Assembly (NCBI GenBank): GCA_049999805.1
Contig: JBNGIO010006382.1
Span: 461,820-498,213 of the forward strand
Origin: Folioceros fuciformis
Taxonomy: Eukaryota
Reading direction: 5' to 3'
Length of the DNA stretch: 36,394 bases
How positions within the stretch are numbered: position 1 is the stretch's first letter; the number at the start of each line of letters is the position of its first letter. Made by a program: the position numbers and the translations under genes. Below the pieces are notes generated by a model, which did not search any database, was not told the DNA's origin, and saw nothing but the letters and a program-made list of their open reading frames with translations. Shown one piece after another: positions 10,413 through 19,686 of the stretch.

Positions 10413-12296
10413 CTACGTGTTCACCCCAAAAATGAAGCCATTACTGTACCAGGGAACGTTGCTGGATGCTATCTGAATCCTGCAGGGAGACCTGAATGGA
10501 TTGGGGGTGACTGGATAGGTGATCTGTAGGGCTGAAGCTCGGAGCACCTGCTTAGCATTTACGCAACAAGGCTCAGCAAAATCTGTAAAGAAGGCTGGGA
10601 CACCCTGGTGCTTGATCACTTCCAGAGCTCCCATCCACGTGCTGTGTGACTCCAGGCCAGAGTTGAGGGCCACCACGACGTGAGGAGGGGCCAAGTTATT
10701 AGCTTCCTCCTGGTACAAGCCCTGCGTAAATGTAACCTTGATGGATCTTCCAACAGCTGCTGTCTCCCCCGACAATGAGCTTGGCACGTCAGGGCCTACC
10801 ATATACAAATGAATTCCGGCAGACTCCCCGAGCAGGTGCCCGATCTCGGCAAAGGCAGGTAACCAGTCCAACTCTCCTTCTGGGCCCAGATAGTGGACCA
10901 CTATCTCCCTGCCCTTTGTGAGCATGTTCTTGGTCAGCACACACAGAGAAGTGACAATGTTGTATAATGAAAGAGGGAAGGAGAGGAGAGCAGCTACAGG
11001 ACTGTCGGTGGGCAGCGCACGGAGGTCGTAGTACTCAGACCAGCTGGAGAGCAAAACCATGGAGGAAATATCGCTGCCTCCGATATACTCCAGGAGGGGA
11101 GCGTCGGAAGGGTACTTGCCATGCTCCACACCCCAAGCACCGGCAACGGAACCACCTTCCGGGGGAGGCAGCAAGCCATAAGGGCAGCCTCTAAAGCATC
11201 CGCACATCCTTCTCCACATCCCTCTTCCGTGAAGCCCCAACGACTCCAGCCACTTGCAGGAATGTTCAATGAGAGTGGGGAAGGAGAAACCCTTGATCTC
11301 CAACTCCTCCTCCCTCTCCATCATGGCCCGGTACAGTTCGCAGTTGCCCTTGTGCATCTCCTTCCAATGCTTCTTCTGGCAGACAGGACCGCAATAGATG
11401 ACTGCCTTGCAGCGGCTGCAGCGCGGGGCTCTGTCTGCCGGCACCTCCTTCTCGCAGAGCACACATTGCCGAGGGACGGACCAATCCACGATCTCAACAG
11501 GGGACTCGGAAATCTCTGCTAGCTTGGGGACGGGGTTGATGGCATCCTCTATCTCATCCCGCAAAGGATACGACACCCGCACCGAGGTCACCTCCCAGGC
11601 CTTGGGGTCGTCTTGACGCCAAGAAACTTCAACCGTGTGGAGGAAGTCCTCAAAAACGGACTCCTCGCCCTCATCGTTCTGCAGCAACGGGTGCACCTGA
11701 GTGAGCGCCCGGAGGCAAACGTACATCCACCTGAGCTCCTCCAGCGCAGGGTTTCTGAAGGAGGGGAAAGCATCCGCACTGCCCTTGGGAGAGTACACAA
11801 TGTCGATCAAGGGAAACGCCTTGGCCCCAGCGATCTCCAACCCCAGCGTCTTGATCATCTTCTTGTTTCCCGAAGACAGCTCAGCCTCGGGCCCAAAGGT
11901 GATCCTCATCAGCCCCTTGTGCGGCACCGACTTCATGCTCCCGAGCCCCCTGATCCCAGCCATCTCCGCCGCATCCGCCTCTGTCCGGTACAGGTTGACC
12001 CCCCAGTCCCCAGATCCGCCCCCTCCCACAAACTGGGCGCAGCAAAAGGGCTGCCGGGAGTCCGGCCAGTCCGAGTCCTTCCCCACCCTCACCCCGAACA
12101 CGTGCGCCGGCCTGAACCTCTTCCAGGGATTGGATCTCCACAACGCCGCCGCGGCGCGGAACAAGGCCTTGAGGAACGCATTGGTCACTCCGTCCACCTT
12201 GAGCAGGGAGGTGCCGGTCCCGGGACCCAGCCCCGGCCCGACACCAAACACCTGCTGGTACTGCCCGAACAGCTCCCGGAGAAAAAGCTCCGACAT
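10413..12296 (-). CDS. Intronless MYND zinc-finger protein with an MSS51/ZMYND15-like C-terminal domain, 627 aa
   Basis: Uninterrupted GC-rich ORF. MYND finger CVLC...CSRCKAVIYCGPVCQKKHWKEMHKGNC. C-terminal VHYLGPEGE, MVGP, GLY, VALNSGL and PNPFRSP motifs of the MSS51-like domain. Confidence 0.9.
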   Translation of the reverse strand: MSELFLRELFGQYQQVFGVGPGLGPGTGTSLLKVDGVTNAFLKALFRAAAALWRSNPWKRFRPAHVFGVRVGKDSDWPDSRQPFCCAQFVGGGGSGDWGVNLYRTEADAAEMAGIRGLGSMKSVPHKGLMRITFGPEAELSSGNKKMIKTLGLEIAGAKAFPLIDIVYSPKGSADAFPSFRNPALEELRWMYVCLRALTQVHPLLQNDEGEESVFEDFLHTVEVSWRQDDPKAWEVTSVRVSYPLRDEIEDAINPVPKLAEISESPVEIVDWSVPRQCVLCEKEVPADRAPRCSRCKAVIYCGPVCQKKHWKEMHKGNCELYRAMMEREEELEIKGFSFPTLIEHSCKWLESLGLHGRGMWRRMCGCFRGCPYGLLPPPEGGSVAGAWGVEHGKYPSDAPLLEYIGGSDISSMVLLSSWSEYYDLRALPTDSPVAALLSFPLSLYNIVTSLCVLTKNMLTKGREIVVHYLGPEGELDWLPAFAEIGHLLGESAGIHLYMVGPDVPSSLSGETAAVGRSIKVTFTQGLYQEEANNLAPPHVVVALNSGLESHSTWMGALEVIKHQGVPAFFTDFAEPCCVNAKQVLRASALQITYPVTPNPFRSPCRIQIASSNVPWYSNGFIFGVNT

Positions 12297-12517
12297 CCTG
12301 GACTGCCGCTCGATCCCTCCCCGGCTACAGCTCGCCCTCTCCCACCATTCTCAGCTCTCCGTCCTGACAGCTACAACACCCCTGGCGGGGAAGGCAATAT
12401 CGGTCAGTCTACAAGCCTGTCAAGAAAGCCAGCCTCTACAAGCTGATGCATATGCAACATCCCTCCCGCACTAACTCACTTGGAACTCCTTCCCATGCCG
12501 CCTGCCGTCCGGTTGGT

Positions 12518-12551
12518 CCGACCCGACTCGACCCGACCCGACCCGACCCGA
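12518..12551. repeat. (CCGAC)n pentanucleotide repeat upstream of the MYND gene
   Basis: About 6.5 near-perfect units, ~220 bp upstream of the ATG. Confidence 0.85.
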
Positions 12552-12948
12552 AGGAGGAGCGGAAAATGATCTGACAGCCTCCAAGCCCCTCCAGCCGATG
12601 TCTTCCCGCTTCTGGCGACACAGCGGCATGTAACGGCAATGTCAAGCCCCCTAACACTCCATCCCGGTGAGCAGGAGAGGGAGCAATCTGTCTCGTAGCA
12701 GGTAGGCTCCCGTGCACTTGGACGGCTTTGTCGGTGCCAAGTCGAATCGAGAATAGCCAGCTAGCAACGCTCCGAGACTGTGCAATGTGACCCGATGGAC
12801 GTTCAGCATCCACCCTTCCAGCCAACAGCCAACTGGCAAAAGCCATTCAATGATTCTTGCACATCGAGAGGAGGAAAATACTCTTTTCTTCTAGTTAGTT
12901 CGTAACAACCACAGTGCGTCGTGGAACCTTGCTGTGCGAGTGGACACT

Positions 12949-13031
12949 ACATATATATATATATAGAGAGTAGATATAGTATCAATATATTAGATATATA
13001 GTCTTATATATACAACTTAATATATTAAATA
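12949..13031. repeat. TA microsatellite and AT-rich low-complexity tract
   Basis: (AT)n run followed by a very AT-rich stretch. Confidence 0.85.
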
Positions 13032-13860
13032 TGTAGGAATAATAGAGGTTTTCTTCCTCTAACTTATACTCCTGGAGCAAGCAGGACGTGGTATGGAATT
13101 GGACACCCACACAAGTACAATATCTTAGATATGTGGAGATCACCAAAGGGCTTCATAATAATCATGAGGTGCTTTTCCAAGCACATACCACTCATGACTG
13201 ACCTCATAGCACCATTTCATGTACTATATTGCATTTGAAGCACCAAGAACAATCAAGGTAACAAAAAACAGAGACAAGCAAGGCAACTATTGGTCCTGCA
13301 AAGGAGGAGTTGCTGTGATGCAGCTCGAAGATGTTTGCCAATGGAGTCCAGTAGAGAAGGCCGGTGCTAAGCATGCCAAGCTACCAAATGGCTAGTGAAG
13401 GAAGGAGAAAATGACTTTCAAGTTTCATGTGGAGAGGCCATTCAGACCACAACTTTGCTTTCTTTGTTACCACTTGGAAATTATGAAGGTACTGAAGGGC
13501 CCATGAGAACCTAGTTGAGAAGGAGTCCTGTCACTCTCATGTCATCTTTGAGAGCACCTCTATAGAAAAGACCTGCACCGAGCCCCATCGCACTGCTGGG
13601 AAGGGAACAGTACTACACCGTGAGGTCCTTGTGAAATCTTCCTCACCTACACGGACTGTCGACAGTCCACTGATTTTCTTTTGAATTTACAACCTGTACC
13701 CCAGTGGCAGGTAATCTCACCTCTAGGTTCCTTCTAAATGAGACACACTGGACACGGTTGCGTGAAGATGACCCCCCTCGCAAACCAGGTTCAAAGATAC
13801 CTCTTCAATTCCTCCTGAAAAGCTCTCTCCCTTTGTAGCTAGTCCTGTCTACTAAGAAGG

Positions 13861-13902
13861 GCAAGTCGTGAGTAATTGAGAGCAAGTCGTGAGTGATTGA
13901 GA
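13861..13902. repeat. 21-bp tandem duplication (GCAAGTCGTGAGTRATTGAGA x2)
   Basis: Read directly; the copies differ at one base. Confidence 0.85.
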
Positions 13903-15278
13903 TTATCAGACTGCCATGGATGATGTTTCCTAACCTTGTAGGCATCCGACTTTGTGCACTGCACTGAGTCTTACATCATCACTTTTGTGGTGGGCTCGCC
14001 AGCCATGACCATGAGCCAGCTGCATGCTGGAATTTAGGTGCAGGGCTCACGGAGGTCGGCTCCTCTTGGGACTGCCTCAACCTGAATCCCATGACGGAGC
14101 TGCCTTACCGTGGACTCTAGATCCGAACCTCTTCGATCTCCTCCGCACCCTCGCTTGTGAGGCTGCATCGATGTGGCTGGGATGTGAGGCCCGGCGTGCC
14201 CGCCTCCACCTGGGCTCATGAGCCTCGGCATGGGTACGTAACTTCGTCCTGCTCCTCCTCGCTCGTAAGGTTGCGTCGATGTGCGTGCAACTTCATGGCC
14301 GATGGCCCGCATCACGATACCGTAACTGGGCGGTGTCAGAGCAGTCATGGTGCTGTTGGGCGCACGCCGAGCGGCGCCGACGTCCTTGGACGTCTCCATG
14401 GTTCTTAACCGAGCACAGGCCCTCCACATCCGCCTGATGCGGGGTGCCCCCTACCAGCATTGCCGGGAGGCTAGGCAATCTGCGGGGAAGGCCGATACAT
14501 GCTCCACAAGGGGGGAGCTCGAGGCTGGATACTCAGCACAGCACTCGGCCAGGTGGACGGCAGGGGACGAGGCCAGGTAGTAGGCAGGGGATAAGGCCAG
14601 GTACTCGGCAGAGGACAGGGCCCGGTACATCTTGGCAGGGGAGGCAGGGGAGATTCCGGCAAAGGGCCCGGCTGGGCTAGCCCCGCCTGCCGCTCTGGCG
14701 CTGCTCGTCAGGGCAGTAGGTCTTCCTCCTCTGATGCCGCCTCCACCTGCACTGCTAGTGCCACCCCGTCTGATGCTGTGGTGGCGTTGTACTCTGCAAC
14801 TGAACAGCTCTTCCTGTGAGGCGCCTCGGCCCTGTGTATGACAACCTGAAAATGGCAGACCTTGAGCGATCTCCTGAAACCTCAGGGCAAGGCGGATTTG
14901 AATCCGATATCGTTCAAGACATGTCTAGCCTCTGGCTATGAAACATGAATCGTAGCACCTGCACGATCCGTAGTGTTAGAGACTACTGGGTACTCGGCAG
15001 ATGGCCTTCCTGCAGCGAGAGCGATCCATATGCAGCACAATCCCTGCGGGTTCATCGGCTTGGATCTTCGCATCCATGAGATGAGCTGTCGCCGGAATTG
15101 AATCAAGCTCGGCATCACAGGATGACCATTGGAAATTGAAACATGTAGCCCCGAGACGTGCACGGCTTTTCGTTCACTGGTATGTTTTCGGAGGAGGAGA
15201 GTGCAGATCCGCACATGTGTTGGAGGGACGAGGTTGAGTGGGGCAGAGGGGCAAAATGGTATGGTCGATTAGGTTAAA

Positions 15279-15298
15279 ACACGTGGGAAATATATAAA
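15279..15298 (+). promoter_or_regulatory. Candidate G-box/ABRE (ACACGTGG) followed by a TATA box (TATATAAA) upstream of BCAT
   Basis: Motif matches only; the TSS is unknown. Confidence 0.3.
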
Positions 15299-15692
15299 AT
15301 ATTGTACAAAAATGTGTGTGTTTTCTAGCATTGCATCTTGCGCGCGTGCGGCTTCGAGAGTATTTTCAGCAGCGCCGAGAGCGGTTCTCGGAATCGCCTT
15401 TCGAAGGCTAGATATGTATGACATGACGTTCTTTATGATACGTAGTTTACATATGTTAGCTCCCGGCTCTTGTGGATTATCCCTCGCCACGGTCTTCGCA
15501 AGTCGGCGTGGAAAGGCCGAAATATCAGCACCTGCTGAGACACCTGAGTCGTTGCCTGCAGTAGCAGCCTTGTATATCATTTGGCTGTGCGCATGGCGGA
15601 AGCAGGATGCGGATGAAGCAAAATCTACCGGGAAAGGCGTTTCTTGCATGCACTTCCCACACGGCCACGGACGGCTCAGTCGCTGGAGATAA

Positions 15693-15909
15693 ACTGAAGA
15701 AAGCCTTCCTTTTTGGCTTGGCCTGGGATGCGGAGCTTGCTGCTGCACTGAAGAAAGCCTTCTTTTTTTGGCTTGGCCTGGGATGCGAAGCTTGCTGCTG
15801 CACTGAAGAAAGCCTTCTTTTTTGGCTTGGCCTGGGATGCGGAGCTTGCTGCTGCACTGAAGAAAACCTTCTTTTTTGGCTTGGCCTGGGATGCGGAGCT
15901 AGCTGCTGC
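15693..15909 (+). repeat. 4 x 54/55-bp tandem array; each unit carries a micro-ORF
   Basis: Units start at 15693, 15747, 15802 and 15856 (ACTGAAGAAAGCCTTCTTTTTTGGCTTGGCCTGGGATGCGGAGCTTGCTGCTGC). Confidence 0.95.
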
Positions 15910-15965
15910 TGGAAAGAATTATGTCTCGGGCAGGTCTTCAGGCTGTCAAAGTAGGGACCCGGAGA

Positions 15966-18199
15966 ATGGCGTTGCTGTGCGCTCGTAGTCTGCCTCTGCC
16001 GCTTTGGCAGGAGAGCGCAACGCTGCCGGCTGTTATGCATCGGGAGCAGCGAATTAGAACGGGGAGCTCATTCCGCGGTTTTCGTCAGGATTTTTCGTTG
16101 CTCCAGCCTCGTCAGAAGAATTTGTTTGCGGTATGGAATTTTGAATTAAAGTGCTTCTGTAGCTGATTTTGCTACAGTGAAATTTTCATTGCAGTCGAGG
16201 TCTTATACCGGCGAGTGGTCTGCAGGTAGAGTGGGGAGGGAGTGGCGTTTGCTTGAGCAGCTCCAGGTTGCACTCCACTGCATCAGAGGCTGCACTTTCT
16301 AAGTCGTTTAAGTGAGTGCCCCGTTGCTGCCTTTGTTGTCAGCAGCTGGATGGCGTTGCTTGTTCACGTCATACAGTTTTCGTTTTGGTTTGCTGCATCC
16401 GTCAATGTGCGCTGAGGGATGTGTGGTCTATTCCAGTGACCTGGATGCGTTTGCAGGCATTGATGTGGACAATCTAGGGTTTGGAATTCGACCGACCGAT
16501 CGCATGTACGTTATGAAGTATGATGCTACTGGGCATTGGCAGAAGGGTGAATTACTGCCTTTCGGTAATTTGGAGATGAGTCCATCATCGGCCGTGTTGA
16601 ATTACGGACAGGTATTACGGGCAGCGCCGTGCACTGTACTTGTTTCGTTAATTTGGCCTTTTTCCTGCGGAGGTTTTTAAAAAAACATTCCCTTCAAATG
16701 GTGGGGAAATGTTTCGTTGTGATCCTCGAGTCTGAACTGGCCACGGCAATTTTCTTGGCTGCAGGGGTTGTTTGAGGGCCTGAAAGCCTACAGGACTGAG
16801 AGTGGGCAGGTACTATTGTTCAGGCCAGTGGAAAATGCTCTTCGCATGCAAGTTGGTGCCCACAGACTCAGTATGCCCGCACCTTCAGTGGATGCCTTTG
16901 TGAACGGAGTGAAGGAGGCCGTGCTGGCAAATAAGCGCTGGGTATGTCAATCTGCGTATATGATGACACATTTCTCAATGGTGAGGCCAGTGAGGCCATT
17001 GTTCCTGGTTGATGGTAGTTGGAGCTTTTGTCCTGTTTATCAGATTCCTCCCACGGGTAAAGGCTCTTTGTACATTAGACCCCTTCTTCTTGGAACTGGA
17101 GCGGTTCTGGGGTTGGCTCCCGCAAGTGAGTACACCTTCGTCATTTACGTGTCTCCAGTTGGCAATTACTTCAAGGTAAGCATGAGCCCCCTTTGGTGGT
17201 GGCATATGCATTCCTTGGGCTGCCGGGTTCGCTTGGTCGATTCTTTCAAAGGAATTCACCGTCTGCACCGAAGTCTGCCTGAATTGATTAATGCTGGCTT
17301 CTTTTAGGAAGGTCTTTCACCGATTGCACTCAAGGTGGAAGAAATCTACCATCGAGCCGCACCTGGAGGAACTGGTTTGGTGAAAACTATTGGCAACTAC
17401 GCTCCTGTAAGATTTCATCCGCACAGATCGTGGTAGTGAGACATTCCCTTTAGTGTTAAGCGTCTTACTTAGGGTCTTAATCGTACAGGTTTTAAAGACA
17501 CAGTTGGCAGCAAAAAACCTAGGATACGCTGACGTACTCTACCTCGACGCTGTGGAAAACAAGTATGTGGAAGAGGTGTCGTCGTGCAACATCTTCATGT
17601 TCAAGGCAAGGGGTGAAGCTTAGCAGCATGGTTTTGGATGTACTTTCGCTCTCTAAAGCTCATGACTCTGATACCCTAGCAACACTGCAGAATGGTGCAA
17701 TTGTCACTCCAGATTTGCGTGGCACAATTCTTCCGGGTGTTACCCGGAAAAGTATAATCGAGTTAGCTCGCATCCGTGGCTACCAGGTACTTGACCTAGC
17801 AAACTATCGTACTTGAAGAAGTAGTATGTGGACCTTCAATCCAAGACCTAATTTCCAGTTCATCATTGCGCATGAACAGGTTGATGAACGACCCTTACAA
17901 GTAGAAGAATTGCTTGAGGCAGACGAGGTGTTCTGCTCAGGGACGGCCGTGGTGATCTCTCCTGTTGGGTCTATTACTTACGGAGACAAAAGGTAGCTCC
18001 TCAATACTGTTGCCTCTCAAGATGTCTGGCTCGTCTCTCCTGTATGTGCCTCAGTTTTGTGCCGTTTTATGTTTGTCCCAGGGTCGAGTTTAATGGTGGG
18101 AAAGTAGGCAAGGTATCTCAAGAGCTGTACAAGGATCTGACTGACATTCAGACAGGCAAGAAGGAGGACAAGCTAGGTTGGGTTGTGAGTCTCGACTGA
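15966..18199 (+). CDS. BCAT: Branched-chain amino acid aminotransferase (class IV PLP), likely organelle-targeted; 10 exons: 15966-16130, 16226-16311, 16437-16611, 16765-16941, 17044-17175, 17308-17406, 17489-17605, 17691-17786, 17880-17992, 18082-18199; 425 aa
   Basis: Spliced model closes in frame (1278 nt). Motifs: [25 protein letters not shown]-Lys [40 protein letters not shown]. Transit-peptide-like N-terminus. An alternative in-frame ATG lies at 15921. The first two exons are less certain than the core. Confidence 0.93.
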
Positions 18200-18411
18200 T
18201 TAGCCATGTAGTCCTTCCTCACGGTCAGAGACTGGACTATGGTACAACTCCTATAGTCATGTGACGACCCTCAACTGTACATGTAACTGGAAACCATTCT
18301 AGGCATTGTCGCCCGTCCAAAATCCAAAATCCATAGGAAACCAAATTTCAGCTATCGATTTACAGGGATGGCAGTCCACTGCAGTCCAAGAATTGACTGT
18401 CCAAGGCAAGC

Positions 18412-19686
18412 TCAAAGCTTCGCAGACGTTGCGGTGCCAGTGGCCAGGTCGAGCGCCTTGGCATTCACAATGCTGGGACAGGCAGCAGGAGCGGGAGACA
18501 ATGGGTCGAGGAAGGGAGCAACATCGTTGGGATTGGGCCAAACCGGGAACCCCCGGAGCTTGCCGGCCACGTTCTGCGCGGCGAGAGTAGCCATGCCTTC
18601 CCTGGTCCACTTGGACGCAGAGGCAATATGCGGCACCACCACCGCGTTCTCCAACTCCGCCAGCCCCGGCTTCATCAGCGGCTCGTCTTCGAACACGTCC
18701 AGGCCCACACGGAACATGGGGTTGGCCTTCAGGTGCTCCACCAGAGCTGCCTCGTCTATGACAGGCCCCCGGCTGGCGTTCACCAGCACCGCCTCCTTCT
18801 TCATCAGGCTCAGCCGCTGCTTGTTGATGAGGTGGTACGTTGACTTGTCCAGCACCGGGTGCAGGCTCACCACGTCCGCCTCCTGCAGCACCTGCTCCAC
18901 ATTGCTGGCGCGCTTCCATGTGACGGCCTCCTCCCCCATGCTCTCGAGGAAGCTCCCGTACGCTGTCACGAACTTCTCCAGCCGGGTGGACTGGTAGAGG
19001 TCGTAGTACACTAGGTTCATCTTGAATCCCTCCACCATCATCCTGGCATACGCGGTCCCGATCCTCCCGGCCCCGATAATTCCCACAGTCTGCCCCTTGA
19101 GCAGGTTGCCGACGAAGAGCGATGGCAGCCATCCCTTGTACTTCCCCGCGCGCATGAAGCTGTCTGCCGCCACCACCCGCCGGGCCGCGGCCAGAGTAAG
19201 CGCCGCTGCGAGCTCAGCCGTCGTCTCGGTCAGCACGCCCGGGGTGTTGCCCACCGAGATCCCGTTCCTGGTTGCCGCCTCCACATCCACATTATTGTAC
19301 CCGACCGCCATGTTGCTAAAGGCGTGGCCTCCAGCCCTCCTCAGCGCGGAGAAAAGCGTCTCCCCCCAGTCCTCCGTCAATTGCCCGATCACGCCGTCAC
19401 ACTTCGTGCCTATCAGCTGCAGCACGTCCTCCACGCTCAGAATCGTCTTATCCTCCGTGCAAACCTCCACTCGGCATCCTGCATTCACCAGCTCCTGAAT
19501 CCACCGGCTCCCCGGCATCGGCTTCGTGCTCACCACCCTCAACTTCCCCCCGGCATTGTGCACCTCCCTCGTGAGCTGCCGCCCGTACCCCGCCATGACT
19601 TCCCCCTCTTCTCGCGACACCGCCGCAGCTCCGGGGCCTCTGATGTCCCTCGCCACACCAATGCTGACCAATCTCAGTGCCTGCAT
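18412..19686 (-). CDS. HPR1: Peroxisomal hydroxypyruvate reductase / glycerate dehydrogenase, intronless, 424 aa (394 aa from the second ATG at 19596)
   Basis: RVVSTKPMPG, AFSNMAVGYNNVD, GNTPGVLTETTAE, GAGRIG Rossmann motif, NASRG, DVFEDEP, PHIAS. C-terminal PTS1-type AKL. Confidence 0.96.
   Translation of the reverse strand: MQALRLVSIGVARDIRGPGAAAVSREEGEVMAGYGRQLTREVHNAGGKLRVVSTKPMPGSRWIQELVNAGCRVEVCTEDKTILSVEDVLQLIGTKCDGVIGQLTEDWGETLFSALRRAGGHAFSNMAVGYNNVDVEAATRNGISVGNTPGVLTETTAELAAALTLAAARRVVAADSFMRAGKYKGWLPSLFVGNLLKGQTVGIIGAGRIGTAYARMMVEGFKMNLVYYDLYQSTRLEKFVTAYGSFLESMGEEAVTWKRASNVEQVLQEADVVSLHPVLDKSTYHLINKQRLSLMKKEAVLVNASRGPVIDEAALVEHLKANPMFRVGLDVFEDEPLMKPGLAELENAVVVPHIASASKWTREGMATLAAQNVAGKLRGFPVWPNPNDVAPFLDPLSPAPAACPSIVNAKALDLATGTATSAKL

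Noticed and set aside
11613-12474. Long plus-strand ORFs (277 and 257 aa) antisense to the MYND gene
   Set aside because: Shadow ORFs expected from GC3-rich coding sequence; no recognisable motifs.
13656-13665. TGTCGACA core resembling the zinc-deficiency response element
   Set aside because: Flanks are C/G rather than R/Y, and it lies ~12 kb downstream of the ZIP gene.
15693-15909. 54-bp array as a CRISPR array or a bacterial attenuator
   Set aside because: Units are contiguous with no unique spacers and no cas genes. The context is a spliced eukaryotic locus where transcription and translation are uncoupled, so only a uORF-type mechanism was kept.
15269-16040. ORFs of 115-171 aa spanning the tandem array (e.g. 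LKKAFFFGLAWDAELAAA repeats)
   Set aside because: Open frames arise from the repeat itself, a 55-bp unit breaks the frame, and there is no protein-family signal.
19657-19674. PTS2 signal in the HPR1 N-terminal extension
   Set aside because: RLVSIGVAR lacks the H/Q-L/A ending of R(L/I)x5(H/Q)(L/A).
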